This document shows, piece after piece, positions 39,852 through 49,793 of a stretch of DNA of 64,000 bases (the stretch's first letter is position 1; every line of letters starts with the position of its first letter). Source of the stretch: Nitrospirota bacterium (lineage in GTDB: Bacteria > Nitrospirota > UBA9217). The stretch lies in contig CAVVUN010000009.1 of NCBI GenBank assembly GCA_963751455.1, positions 160,001 through 224,000 of the forward strand. Direction: 5' to 3'. The position numbers were made by a program, and so were the translations under genes. The notes beneath the pieces were generated by a model. The model searched no databases and was not told the DNA's origin. It worked only from the letters and a program-made list of their open reading frames with translations.

Positions 39852-40622
39852 ATGCTTTTGCTCGAGACAAAAAATCTGACCAAGCACTTCGGGGGGCTCA
39901 AAGCTCTCGACGGCACTACCATGCGCGTCGAGCGTGAAAGGATCGTCAGCATCATCGGACCGAACGGAGCAGGCAAGACCACGTTCTTCAACTGTATTAC
40001 CGGCATTTATAAGCCCACGGCAGGAAGCGTTATCTTTCACGACCGGGAAATCACGGGCATGGCCCCGCATGATATCACCGCGATGGGCATTGCGCGTACT
40101 TTTCAGAACATCCGTCTCTTCGCGGGCATGACCTGCGTTCAGAACGTGATGGTGGCTGCGCATTGCCGCACGAAGGCCGGTGTGTTCGGGGCCGTTTTCA
40201 GGCCGCGCCGGGTGAAAAAAGAAGAGCGCGACATGGAATACCGGGCCGTTGACATTCTGAAATTCAGCGGTCTGGACTGCAAGCAGAACGTCCTCGCTTC
40301 GAACCTCTCCTACGGCGACCGGCGAAGGCTCGAGATTGCGCGTGCGCTCGGAACCGAGCCGCACCTCCTGCTCCTCGACGAACCCGCGGCAGGTATGAAC
40401 CCGCAGGAGACGCATGAACTTATGGGTTTGATCCGCAGGATCCGAGACAACGGCGTTGCGATACTCTTGATCGAGCACGACATGAAAGTCGTTATGGGCA
40501 TTTCGGACCGGGTCATTGTGCTCGACCATGGCGTCAAGATCGCGGAGGGAGCGCCCAGGGACGTTCAGAACAATCCCCAGGTTATAGAAGCGTATCTGGG
40601 GAAGGAGTCCCTCCATGCTTGA
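39852..40622 (+). CDS. livG: BCAA ABC ATP-binding protein
   Basis: GPNGAGKTT, ARTFQNIRLF, LSYG, DEPAAGMN. Confidence 0.95.
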   Translation: MLLLETKNLTKHFGGLKALDGTTMRVERERIVSIIGPNGAGKTTFFNCITGIYKPTAGSVIFHDREITGMAPHDITAMGIARTFQNIRLFAGMTCVQNVMVAAHCRTKAGVFGAVFRPRRVKKEERDMEYRAVDILKFSGLDCKQNVLASNLSYGDRRRLEIARALGTEPHLLLLDEPAAGMNPQETHELMGLIRRIRDNGVAILLIEHDMKVVMGISDRVIVLDHGVKIAEGAPRDVQNNPQVIEAYLGKESLHA

Positions 40623-41316
40623 ACTCAGAGACGTTATGGTTTCCTACGGCATGATAGATGCCTTGAAAGGGATCAGCCTGAGCGTAAAGAGCCGCGAAAT
40701 CGTCGCACTGATTGGAGCAAACGGGGCCGGCAAGTCGACAACTCTCATGACCATCTCCGGCGTCGCGCCGTTGCGCAGGGGCGCCGTCTTATTCGAGGGG
40801 AAGGACCTCTCGGGGCTTCCTGCTCACGAGATTGTTCGTATGGGAGTTTCCCAGGTTCCGGAAGGAAGGCGTATTTTCGGCGGCATGACCGTGCGTGAAA
40901 ATCTGGAGATGGGCGCATTTCACCGGAATAAGCAAAACGCAGAGATCGATATCGAGCGTATGTTCAATCTCTTCCCGGCTCTTTCCGAACGCAAAAGCCA
41001 ACTCGGCGGGACCCTGTCGGGAGGAGAACAGCAGATGCTTGCCATCGGCAGGGCATTGATGTCCCGTCCCAGACTGCTTCTCCTGGACGAGCCTTCCCTG
41101 GGCCTCGCGCCTATTATCGTAAGCCGCATCTTTCGCATCATCAAGGAGATCAACGAACAGGGTGTTACCATCCTCCTGGTCGAACAGAACGCCAAAGCAG
41201 CCCTTCGTCTGGCTCATCGTGCTTATGTGATGGAAACAGGGAAGATCGTCATGGAAGGCAGCGCCGCGGTCCTTGAAAAGGACCCTGGTATAAAAAAAGC
41301 ATATCTGGGAGAATAG
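40615..41316 (+). CDS. livF: BCAA ABC ATP-binding protein
   Basis: GANGAGKST, VPEGRRIF, LSGGEQQM, DEPSLGLAP. Confidence 0.95.
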   Translation: MLELRDVMVSYGMIDALKGISLSVKSREIVALIGANGAGKSTTLMTISGVAPLRRGAVLFEGKDLSGLPAHEIVRMGVSQVPEGRRIFGGMTVRENLEMGAFHRNKQNAEIDIERMFNLFPALSERKSQLGGTLSGGEQQMLAIGRALMSRPRLLLLDEPSLGLAPIIVSRIFRIIKEINEQGVTILLVEQNAKAALRLAHRAYVMETGKIVMEGSAAVLEKDPGIKKAYLGE

Positions 41317-41398
41317 CCGTAGTGCTGAGACTTGCGTCCGCGTTTACGAGTGGCACCGCCAGGGCAGGGTGTTCGGAGCGTATGTGACGAGCGGGAAG

Positions 41399-42157
41399 AT
41401 GAAAAGAAACATAAAGCTTACCCTTGAATATGAGGGTACGAACTACCATGGGTGGCAGACACAGGCGGGAACAGGCAACGCTACGATACAGGAAACGCTT
41501 GAACGCGCCATAAAGATCCTTGCCAAGGAAGAATGCAAGACTGTTTCTTCGGGAAGGACCGATGCCGGTGTTCATGCGCTGGGTCATGTCGCCAGCTTCC
41601 TGACCTCGAGCAGCATGCCGGCTGAGGCATGGGCGCCCGCACTCAATTACCTGCTGCCCGAAGACATCAGAGTATTGTCGTCCGGAGAAGAGCCTCACGA
41701 TTTTCACGCTCGCTACAGCGCAGTAAGCAAGATTTACAAGTATCGTATTCTGAACCGTCGTACTCCTTCAGCACTATATCGTCATTACGCCTGGCATGTC
41801 AATCTTCGATTGAATGTAACAAACATGAAACAGGCGGCGTCCTGTCTTGTCGGCAGGCATGATTTTTCAGCCTTCCGCGCAGCCGGCTGTTCCGCAAAGA
41901 CACCGGTTCGGACTCTGACACGCGTAGATATAAAGAAAAGCGGGGAGTTCATCGAGTTGTCGCTTGAAGCAGATTCCTTTCTTCAGTACATGGTCAGAAA
42001 TATCACAGGAACGCTTGTTGAGGTGGGACTTGGCCGTTTCAGCCCAGGTGATGTCAAGCGAATGCTCAAGTCCAGGGACCGTACGGCCGCTGGACGTACC
42101 GCGCCTCCGCAGGGACTATACCTTGTTTCGGTCTGTTATGACGTAAAAGGTCGATAG
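41399..42157 (+). CDS. truA: tRNA pseudouridine(38-40) synthase
   Basis: YEGTNYHGWQ, GRTDAGVHA, FHARY, MVRNI, TAPPQGLYL. Confidence 0.96.
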   Translation: MKRNIKLTLEYEGTNYHGWQTQAGTGNATIQETLERAIKILAKEECKTVSSGRTDAGVHALGHVASFLTSSSMPAEAWAPALNYLLPEDIRVLSSGEEPHDFHARYSAVSKIYKYRILNRRTPSALYRHYAWHVNLRLNVTNMKQAASCLVGRHDFSAFRAAGCSAKTPVRTLTRVDIKKSGEFIELSLEADSFLQYMVRNITGTLVEVGLGRFSPGDVKRMLKSRDRTAAGRTAPPQGLYLVSVCYDVKGR

Positions 42158-42249
42158 TATTATTTCGCAAAATTGTAATTATTTTGCATTAATTCTCATT
42201 ATTGCAAAAACTGTATCGATTTTATTGCTGATAAATCAAAGGTTTTAGG

Positions 42250-43152
42250 ATGGCACAACATGTGCAATTTTTTCTTAACGGATTAGACCAATTGACTCGA
42301 ATTTACCGGTTGCGGTTCTGGTTTGCGTGTTTCCTGTACGGGATTTCCGTCCTTCTCGTCATATCAAGTGCTGCGGAAGGAGGGGAGTTTCCGCTCTGGG
42401 AAGCCGGTGCGGGATTGGCAACTATAAATCTTGCGGATTATCGGGGGTCCGATGAACGCACCATCTACTGGCTGCCGGTGCCATACCTGGTTTACAGGGG
42501 TGAAATTCTGAAGGTCGATCGGAAGTCGACACGCGGAATTCTATTTCAAACCGATCGGATCGAACTGAATATCAGCGTTAATGCATCGCCGCCGGTAAAC
42601 AGCAATAAAAATAGTGCACGGGAAGGTATGCCCGATCTTGATCCGACTGGCGAAATCGGACCATCTCTTTATATCGATTTACGCAGCGTTCCTTTTTTTT
42701 CCGGCGATCTGTCCCTGCAGTTTCCAATCCGAATGGTTGCGGCAACAGATCTGACGTACCTCAGGCAGGTCGGATATGTTTTTAATCCGAGGATCAACGT
42801 TGAGTGGGCGCTGGGAACACCGGAAAAGCGATGGAACGCCGGTCTGACAACCGGCCCGCTTTTTACGGACAAGAAGTTTAACGCCTATTATTACGGTGTC
42901 GACCCTGCTTTCGAGACCTTCAACCGGCCGCGGTACGCTGTACGGGGAGGATATGGCGGGTTTCAACTGACGGCGGCACTGAGCCGGCGGTTCGCGTCTT
43001 CATGGTTTGGAGCGTTTGCCCGTCTTGACGACCTCCACGGCGCTGTATTCGAAAACAGCCCGCTTGTCAGGAGCCGTTATTCGGTCATGTTCGGCTTGGC
43101 TCTTTCGTGGGTGGTAGGCGTATCAGACCAGAAAGTCTCGGCAGAAGAATAA
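42250..43152 (+). CDS. MipA/OmpV family outer membrane protein
   Basis: PLWEAGAG, DYRGSD, PYLVYRG, REGMPDLD, YYYGV, SPLV. Confidence 0.85.
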   Translation: MAQHVQFFLNGLDQLTRIYRLRFWFACFLYGISVLLVISSAAEGGEFPLWEAGAGLATINLADYRGSDERTIYWLPVPYLVYRGEILKVDRKSTRGILFQTDRIELNISVNASPPVNSNKNSAREGMPDLDPTGEIGPSLYIDLRSVPFFSGDLSLQFPIRMVAATDLTYLRQVGYVFNPRINVEWALGTPEKRWNAGLTTGPLFTDKKFNAYYYGVDPAFETFNRPRYAVRGGYGGFQLTAALSRRFASSWFGAFARLDDLHGAVFENSPLVRSRYSVMFGLALSWVVGVSDQKVSAEE

Positions 43153-43311
43153 GGCATAAACTGATATTTCCAGTAAAAAAATCTTGACTAAAGTTGGAGA
43201 CTAGTTCATTCTATTTTTTTTATTCAGGGGTAGTAAAACAGGAAGATGACATCTGTTGCTGATTTTTGCATAGTTGATTTTGCATAATTTTGAAAGGAGA
43301 GAATAGAGAGT

Positions 43312-44214
43312 ATGAGGAATCTGCTGAACGTAATAGTTCTGTTGTTGTTCATCATTGCATTGACCAGCACAGCAGGCGCAGCGACTGATGCGTCTACCTG
43401 TCTGGGGTGTCATGGATCGATGGAAGGATCAGTCAAGGTCGACCAGGAAAAATATTCAAAGTCTGTCCATGGCGCAATGAATGACTGCACCATGTGCCAT
43501 ATGGTCTTGAAAGGATCCCAGCATCAGGGTCTTATATCGGGTAAGCCTGACAAGACAACGCTGGAGCTTTCCGCCGCCATCTCGCACAAAAGCAAAATAG
43601 ACCCTGTAGCGCAAGCCGCATGCGTAACCTGCCATCCGGATGCATACCAGACGTATACAGCAAGCGTCCACGGGCAGAATGTGATGAAAAAGAAATCTAC
43701 GGACGGGCCTGTTTGTTCCAGTTGTCATGGATCTCCGCATTACATCTACCCGAAAGCCGGCAAGGAATCGGCCGTAAATCATTTCAATGTCGTGCAGGCA
43801 TGCGGAACATGCCATGAAGAAAAAATGATGTCTGAGAAATACGGCTTCAGCAGTCATGTTATGGAGCGGTATAAAGAGAGTTTCCACGGAAGGAAACTGA
43901 AGGTAGGTCACAGCGGGGCTCCTTCCTGTGCAAGCTGCCACGGTTCACATGATATCGTGACCGCTAAGAACCAGACATCACCGGTCTCTCCTGCGAACAA
44001 GGTCAAGACGTGTTCCAAATGTCATCCAGGAGCCAATGAAAAATTTGTTGCTGCGATCACCCATAAACCGCTCCATCCGGTTGCGCACTATGCCGAGATC
44101 ACTCTTATTCTTCTCACCGTGAGTGTCTTTCTGTTCATATGTATCCACGTACTGCTCGACATTTTTGCCGACATTCGCGACCGCGTATTCAGGAAGGGGG
44201 GGCACAATGAATAA
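43312..44214 (+). CDS. Heptaheme c-type cytochrome with C-terminal membrane anchor (CbcA-like)
   Basis: Signal peptide; 7 CxxCH motifs; C-terminal TM helix. Confidence 0.9.
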   Translation: MRNLLNVIVLLLFIIALTSTAGAATDASTCLGCHGSMEGSVKVDQEKYSKSVHGAMNDCTMCHMVLKGSQHQGLISGKPDKTTLELSAAISHKSKIDPVAQAACVTCHPDAYQTYTASVHGQNVMKKKSTDGPVCSSCHGSPHYIYPKAGKESAVNHFNVVQACGTCHEEKMMSEKYGFSSHVMERYKESFHGRKLKVGHSGAPSCASCHGSHDIVTAKNQTSPVSPANKVKTCSKCHPGANEKFVAAITHKPLHPVAHYAEITLILLTVSVFLFICIHVLLDIFADIRDRVFRKGGHNE

Positions 44215-44917
44215 GAATATTCCTGCCGAGATAGAGAGGTTTGACCTCTCCGCACGGATCCAGCATGTTATCATGTTCACGACGTTCTTGCTCCTGTCTT
44301 TTACCGGCTGGGGGCTCAAATACGCATATCAGGACCCGGCAAGCGCCTGGATCAGCTTCTGGGGCGGTGCAAAAATGGCGGGGATCATTCACCGTGTAGC
44401 CGGCATCACGATGCTCCTCGATTTCATTTATCACCAATTCTATCTGATCAACAGGGCGCGAAAAGGGCAGTTCAGGTTCTCGCTTGTTCCTACCCCAAAG
44501 GATGTTGTGGACGCAATCCACAACTTCATGTACTTCTTCGGATTCAGGAAGGGAAAGCCCTACTTCGGAAAATTCAACTATATGCAGAAATTCGATTATT
44601 GGGCGGTTTATTGGGGCATGTTCATCATCGGGGCGTCCGGGTTCTTTCTTGCGTTCCCGGTGATGGTGTCGTCGCTGTTCCCGTCATGGACAATCAACTG
44701 GGCATGGGATGTGCTTTTTATCATGCACAGTGATGAAGCGCTCCTGGCGATCGTGTTCATCCTCATATTCCATTTCTATAACGAGCATTTGCGCTCTGAG
44801 GTGTTCCCGATGAACTGGATGTGGCTGACGGGGAAGATGTCCATAGAGCAGTTAAAGCATCATCATCCGGCGGAGTACGATTATCTGTACGGAGATAAAT
44901 CGGAAAAGAAGAAATAG
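44207..44917 (+). CDS. Di-heme cytochrome b subunit (CbcB/FdnI-like)
   Basis: RIQH, IIHRVAG, KFNYMQKFDYWAVYWG, MHSDEALLA, FHFY. Confidence 0.88.
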   Translation: MNKNIPAEIERFDLSARIQHVIMFTTFLLLSFTGWGLKYAYQDPASAWISFWGGAKMAGIIHRVAGITMLLDFIYHQFYLINRARKGQFRFSLVPTPKDVVDAIHNFMYFFGFRKGKPYFGKFNYMQKFDYWAVYWGMFIIGASGFFLAFPVMVSSLFPSWTINWAWDVLFIMHSDEALLAIVFILIFHFYNEHLRSEVFPMNWMWLTGKMSIEQLKHHHPAEYDYLYGDKSEKKK

Positions 44918-44938
44918 TCGTTGGCAGACGGTAAGCAG

Positions 44939-44972
44939 AAGGGCGGCCCTGAAAAGGAGCCGCCCTTTTTTT
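44939..44972 (+). terminator. Rho-independent terminator between convergent operons
   Basis: AAGGGCGGC...GCCGCCCTT-TTTTT. Confidence 0.75.
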
Positions 44973-45012
44973 AACACGTAATAGGAAAAGCGAAAACAGC
45001 TAACAGCGCTCT

Positions 45013-45675
45013 TCAACCGACCTTTTCAAGGACGCCCTGTTTCATTCTAAGGCGTTTGCCGGCACGGAGTGCAATCTCCGAACTATGGGTAACCATAATC
45101 ATCGTCACTTTTCTTTCCTGGTTGACACGTTCAAAAAAAGACATGATCTCGGCCTCAGTTTCCTCATCCAGATCTCCGGTCGGCTCATCCGCAAGTATGA
45201 TTTCGGGATCGTGGATAAAGGCCCTCGCGATCGCCACCCGCTGCTGCTCTCCACCTGAAAGCTCAGAAGGATACCGATCGATCTTGTCGCCCAGGCCGAC
45301 CTCCTGGAGCAGCTTTACTGCGTCTGCCGCGGTTTTATTGCCGCCGAACACTGTTGGAAGAAGGACATTCTCAGCGGCGGTGAGTGTAGGAATAAGACTG
45401 GCGAACTGGTACACAAACCCGAATTTCTCGTTTCTCAGGCGGGAAAGGCGATTATCATCATATTCCCGGATATTCTTGCCGTCGATCGACACAGTGCCGG
45501 TATCGGGCACTGCAATGCCGCCGATGAGACTCAGGAAAGTGCTTTTCCCGCTCCCTGAATGCCCTACAATGGAAACGAACTCGCCGCGCTGAATGGACAG
45601 ATCTACGGGATGCACGGCCTTTATTGTATTTCCTGAAACTTTATATGTTTTCGATAATCCCTTCAGTTCGATCAT
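45013..45675 (-). CDS. ABC ATP-binding protein (LolD/MacB type)
   Basis: [30 protein letters not shown]. Confidence 0.93.
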   Translation of the reverse strand: MIELKGLSKTYKVSGNTIKAVHPVDLSIQRGEFVSIVGHSGSGKSTFLSLIGGIAVPDTGTVSIDGKNIREYDDNRLSRLRNEKFGFVYQFASLIPTLTAAENVLLPTVFGGNKTAADAVKLLQEVGLGDKIDRYPSELSGGEQQRVAIARAFIHDPEIILADEPTGDLDEETEAEIMSFFERVNQERKVTMIMVTHSSEIALRAGKRLRMKQGVLEKVG

Positions 45676-45747
45676 GCGTTTCCTTTCTCCACTAACCTTT
45701 TTGGATATATCCCTTTTGAACAGAGTCTATGAACCTAAAAAAAGCAC

Positions 45748-45894
45748 TTGGGACGCAGAAAAATCGGATGAACGCAGATAAAGTCGGATAAAAAAAAGTT
45801 CTTGTATCGTAAAAGCAGTCACCCTGCGGGTGAATTTTTTTCTCTAAAAATTCTTTGTTTGATCTGCGGTTATCCTGCGTTCATCTGCGTCCAA
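45748..45894. repeat. Inverted 9-mer element (GGACGCAGA type)
   Basis: ggacgcaga aaaatcgga tgaacgcag ... atctgcggt tatcctgcg ttcatctgc gtcc. Confidence 0.65.
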
Positions 45895-45903
45895 CTGCCG
45901 TTT

Positions 45904-46308
45904 TCAGGATGAACGATTCCGTGCATACCTTCTAAATATGCCGATCACGGCCGCGACGCCTGATATTACACCGGCGGCCGCGATAAAGCGGATGCCTGGC
46001 ACCATTCCGTAATTACACGGCATCCTGGCGCTCCGGCAGTAACCCGATACATCGGGGAGCACGAAGGAGACGATGAAAAGTGAGATGGCTGCCAATGAGC
46101 ACACTATCAGCCCGATTCGGAATTTCAGGAAAAGCGCAAGAACGCCGGTCAGTATGAGCAGCGTGCCGACAGCCATTTCCCACCGTGCCGTATCCGAGCA
46201 GTGCATTGCAGCATATCCCTGATACTCACACGCAGGAAGAATGAAACGGGGAACAACAATAAGCAGGATTCCGCCGATCAAAGCGGTAAAGCCGGTCCAT
46301 TTATTCAT
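45904..46308 (-). CDS. DUF4418 family membrane protein
   Basis: PRFILPAC...MHCSDTAR...GYCRSARMPC. Confidence 0.8.
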   Translation of the reverse strand: MNKWTGFTALIGGILLIVVPRFILPACEYQGYAAMHCSDTARWEMAVGTLLILTGVLALFLKFRIGLIVCSLAAISLFIVSFVLPDVSGYCRSARMPCNYGMVPGIRFIAAAGVISGVAAVIGIFRRYARNRSS

Positions 46309-46715
46309 CGAACTGCCTTTAGTGCTGCTGAAAAATTCATGACGCTGCCGAACTGCGCGGCTGTTTTTCTGTCCTTGAACGATGCGATTCCCCAGCCCAT
46401 CGGCGAAATGAGTTTCTTGTCGGCATGCACATAAAAGGCGGTTTGGCCGTCAATCCATTCACCCGTATTGTAGTCACGCACTTCAATGCGCTCAGTCGGC
46501 GGTTTATTGCCGTTGATAAAGGTCAGCAGGTCGCCGATGTCGCAGAAATAGAGCGTTTTGTTGGCATTCACGATCCGTGATGTAAATTTCGACGCGATAT
46601 CGGAAAGCATGCCGCACTGCCTGCATTTTATCGTTTCGGCAGCAGCGGGAAAGGCAAAAAACAAACAGAGTAAAGCGGCGAGCGCGGGTCTCGATAACTG
46701 TCTCTTCATGATCAT
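46305..46715 (-). CDS. NosL-like metal chaperone
   Basis: CRQCGM, FCDIGDL, DYNTGEWID, SPMGWG. Confidence 0.85.
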   Translation of the reverse strand: MIMKRQLSRPALAALLCLFFAFPAAAETIKCRQCGMLSDIASKFTSRIVNANKTLYFCDIGDLLTFINGNKPPTERIEVRDYNTGEWIDGQTAFYVHADKKLISPMGWGIASFKDRKTAAQFGSVMNFSAALKAVR

Positions 46716-47308
46716 TTCCTCTTTGCATCTATCTCTTTTTTCAAAGATTCTGCAACGCCTTCATCGAATTTCTTCAACTCCTGATACTGCTTCAATGCGT
46801 CGCCCTTCAGTCCTTTTTTCAGAAAGGAGACACCCAGGTTGAAACGCGCGGTTGCGTATCTCGGACGCAGGGAGACAGCATTTTTGAGTGACGCGATTTG
46901 ATTGTCGATTTCGCCTAATTTGCCATAAGCGAACGCGGCATTGTTGTACAGTACGGGGTCCTTTGGAAGATATTTCCCGGCGTTTGAGAAGCTGCCCACA
47001 GCCTCCCGGTATAATCCGAGTCTGTTATAGGCATTTCCCAGTTTCAGTGAGGCGTACCCGTGCTCGGGCTTTATGGCCACGACCTTCTTCAGGGCATCTA
47101 CTTCTTCCCTGAACATATCAGCTCTTTCATAGAGGTCCGCGAGGTGAAACCATGCGGCTGCATCTCTCGGATTGTCCCTGGTCTTTTCGCGCAGTATCTC
47201 CACTTCGCTCTTTTCCCTTGGAACTGGCGCCTGCGTGCCGGTTTTATCATTTGAACATCCGGAATACAACCCCATAATCAGCAGCGAGATGATCATATAA
47301 ATATTCAT
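46712..47308 (-). CDS. TPR lipoprotein
   Basis: LYSGC lipobox; several TPR repeats. Confidence 0.85.
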   Translation of the reverse strand: MNIYMIISLLIMGLYSGCSNDKTGTQAPVPREKSEVEILREKTRDNPRDAAAWFHLADLYERADMFREEVDALKKVVAIKPEHGYASLKLGNAYNRLGLYREAVGSFSNAGKYLPKDPVLYNNAAFAYGKLGEIDNQIASLKNAVSLRPRYATARFNLGVSFLKKGLKGDALKQYQELKKFDEGVAESLKKEIDAKRK

Positions 47309-48525
47309 TCGGAGCTCCTGATCGCTTCATAGGGTTCGGTTCTGATAACAGCGAGTGACGGCAAAAGCGCTGAGAAAAGGCCTGTCAAAACAGCAAAAAG
47401 AAGGGCTGCAGCCGTCAGGGCGGCCAGCTCAAGTGCTGACGGAAAGAGATACGGCAGCTTCAGGTAGTGCAGCATCAGGTTCTTGAAGCTGAAAAGCAGT
47501 ACGAACCCCAGCATGATTCCGGCGGCTCCGCCGGCAGCAGAGAGAATGGAGGCTTCGGTCAGGATGATAATTCCTATATGACGGCGGTTCGCACCCATAG
47601 CCCGCAGGAGTCCTATTTCCCTGCGGCGCTCATTGACGATCATATAAAAGGCAAAGGCCATGATGAGGAGGACGATTATCCAGAGAATGACGCTGATGAT
47701 TAAAATGGCATTGATAAGCCCGGACAGCTGTTTTCTCACGGTGCTGATTACTGTGTCCGAAGTCAGGGCTTTGATGTCAGGAATGTCATGCTCAAGCCTT
47801 ATTGCTACGCGGTCGGGTGTTATGTCTTCACCAACCTGGACCAGGACCGTGGAGATGCTTTCCCGGCTGATATCTATTTTTTCTATGGCCTTCGCTGCAG
47901 ATTCTTCCGCCATTTTGTAGGCGGCCTCGAGGCTCATGAAAGCCGATCGATCGAAAAAATCCATACCCGTGGGGTCCATGGTGCCGGCAACCTGAAACAC
48001 GGTCCCGAAGAACGGTATGCTGTCGCCGGCGATAACGGGAATTTCCCTTCCGGTTACAATTTCATTATCCGCCAGATTTCTATTCAAATGCTTCTCGAGC
48101 CAGGGTTTGACCGTAAAGTCCGTCACCGGGTCGAACGCCACGAGGAATACGTCCACGTTGAAGCAGCAGGTAAAGCTTGTCGGTTTTATGAAGAGCTGAG
48201 GTGTAGCGTTTCTGACGCCCTGCGTTTTTTTAACCTGGTCGAGGACCGTCCTGTTCATAAGAAACTGAGTGGGCTCCCCTGAAAGAAGGGCAGCCTTCGC
48301 TTTTGTCTCGGCTTCCCGGGGCACGACAAGTATGTCTGCCCCCAGGCGATACGTTCCCAGTTTGAGCGCGTTGTTAATGCTCTTGAGAAATAGAGTCGCG
48401 CTGAAGAGAGTGCAGGCTACTACGGCAACAATGGCAAACAGCAGCCAGGTCCGCGTGAGTTTTCTTTTAAGGTTTTTGAGGGCGACATACGGGATATTCA
48501 TTCCTGGAGCATTTTTCCTTCTCAA
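47305..48525 (-). CDS. ABC permease (FtsX/MacB type) with TCC motif
   Basis: RLGADILVVP, FTCCF, AFDPVTDF, NERRREIGLLRAMGA. Confidence 0.9.
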   Translation of the reverse strand: MRRKNAPGMNIPYVALKNLKRKLTRTWLLFAIVAVVACTLFSATLFLKSINNALKLGTYRLGADILVVPREAETKAKAALLSGEPTQFLMNRTVLDQVKKTQGVRNATPQLFIKPTSFTCCFNVDVFLVAFDPVTDFTVKPWLEKHLNRNLADNEIVTGREIPVIAGDSIPFFGTVFQVAGTMDPTGMDFFDRSAFMSLEAAYKMAEESAAKAIEKIDISRESISTVLVQVGEDITPDRVAIRLEHDIPDIKALTSDTVISTVRKQLSGLINAILIISVILWIIVLLIMAFAFYMIVNERRREIGLLRAMGANRRHIGIIILTEASILSAAGGAAGIMLGFVLLFSFKNLMLHYLKLPYLFPSALELAALTAAALLFAVLTGLFSALLPSLAVIRTEPYEAIRSSE

Positions 48526-48654
48526 TTAAGATGGATTATTATACCAGAAGAAGAAGGGCAAGTAAACCGGGTTACTGAACAAACAGATGCCGGGCTGAAA
48601 GAGCGAGTGCATGCTGGTGTGAAAACGGTCGGATTTGAATGGATTGCAGTGAAG

Positions 48655-48693
48655 AAAAAACCGGAGGGCGACAGATCATCGCCCCCCGGAAAA
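48655..48693 (-). terminator. Rho-independent terminator
   Basis: AAAAAA-CCGGAGGGCGA...TCGCCCCCCGG. Confidence 0.65.
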
Positions 48694-48701
48694 CAGGTTG
48701 A

Positions 48702-49793
48702 TTATTTATGCCAGTCGATGGTAATGCCGCAGAGAAGAGGCGAACCCTTGTCGATTTTGACTTCCACGCCCGCAGCCTTGTGGCATGCCGCGCATGCAGA
48801 AACTTTTCCGACCAGGTTGTTGCTGCTCATTTCCATAATATTCAGCGTGCTGTCATCACCATACGTGCGCGAAGACAGGAAGACATATTTGCCGTCCTTC
48901 GTGAACGCAAAATCGTGAGGCCTGATGTTGTCCGGGAGGACGATTCGCTTCACGATGGCGTCCTTCGCCGTATCGATTACGATTACCTGGCTCTTGTGGG
49001 TGCCCGGTTTCAAGCCCGGGTCGAACTCGTTGGGCGCGCTTACCCACAGATATTTGCCGTCCGGAGTCATGCGGGCCTGATGAATAAAGGTCATTTCCGG
49101 GCTCGTGATCTGCTTGATTTCCTTTTTCTTCGTCCAGTCATATACATACACGACGCCCGTGGGCATGTCGGTTATATACGCCTTCTTGTTGTTCTTGGTC
49201 CACTGAATTCCGCAGACTGCCTTTCCGACGGGCATCTTATCGACCGTCTTCAGGGTTTTCGCGTCCCACACATAGACATGGCCGTCCGCCATGTCTTCAA
49301 AATATATGTTGCCGTCCGGGCCGGCAATAGCGCCGCAGAATTTTTCACCGACTTTGAACGGGCCTTCCTTTTTGCCGGTTGCGAGATCGATCTTGTAGAC
49401 ATTCCCCGCCAGCGTGCCGGCTACGAGATATTTTTTGCCCTGTTCGGTGTAGAGCTCCTGCCCGTGTGAGCCGCCCGCCTTCTTGGTTTCTTCAAAACTC
49501 ATGCCGGCGATTTTGCCCTCCATCTCGGAACCCGCCTCAGCAAGAACTATGCGTTCTTTCTCAACGTCGACAGGGGCCTTCATCGTGTTCATATCAATAA
49601 TAGCCAGATGGCCGCCGTGACCCGCAATGTAGGCCGTGGCGTTGAAGGTCGGTATTTTTGCTGCGGGCGTTTCCTTTACAGTAACTACTTTCACGTCCGC
49701 CGCTTCAACTGATGAATTCGAAGACATTGCAAGGAAAAGAGCAAAGAGACTAAGAACAACCAATCCGAGAACCGCGCTTTTTTTCAAACTCAT
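48702..49793 (-). CDS. Secreted YncE/cytochrome d1-like beta-propeller with C-terminal CxxCH
   Basis: RBS then MSLKK signal peptide; blade motifs PDGNIYF, TPDGKYLWV, TKDGKYVF; CAACH; LLCG near C-terminus. Confidence 0.78.
   Translation of the reverse strand: MSLKKSAVLGLVVLSLFALFLAMSSNSSVEAADVKVVTVKETPAAKIPTFNATAYIAGHGGHLAIIDMNTMKAPVDVEKERIVLAEAGSEMEGKIAGMSFEETKKAGGSHGQELYTEQGKKYLVAGTLAGNVYKIDLATGKKEGPFKVGEKFCGAIAGPDGNIYFEDMADGHVYVWDAKTLKTVDKMPVGKAVCGIQWTKNNKKAYITDMPTGVVYVYDWTKKKEIKQITSPEMTFIHQARMTPDGKYLWVSAPNEFDPGLKPGTHKSQVIVIDTAKDAIVKRIVLPDNIRPHDFAFTKDGKYVFLSSRTYGDDSTLNIMEMSSNNLVGKVSACAACHKAAGVEVKIDKGSPLLCGITIDWHK

Noticed and set aside
39384-40616. 410-aa minus-strand ORF (and similar ones at 25197, 30053, 53104, 55017)
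   Set aside because: Antisense shadows of well-supported genes (livG, pepP, livK, RND components) with no family motifs
46305-49793. Calling the cluster a nos or nir denitrification operon
   Set aside because: Propeller is too short, lacks a CuA domain or N-terminal cytochrome c domain, and no nosDFY or heme d1 genes are present
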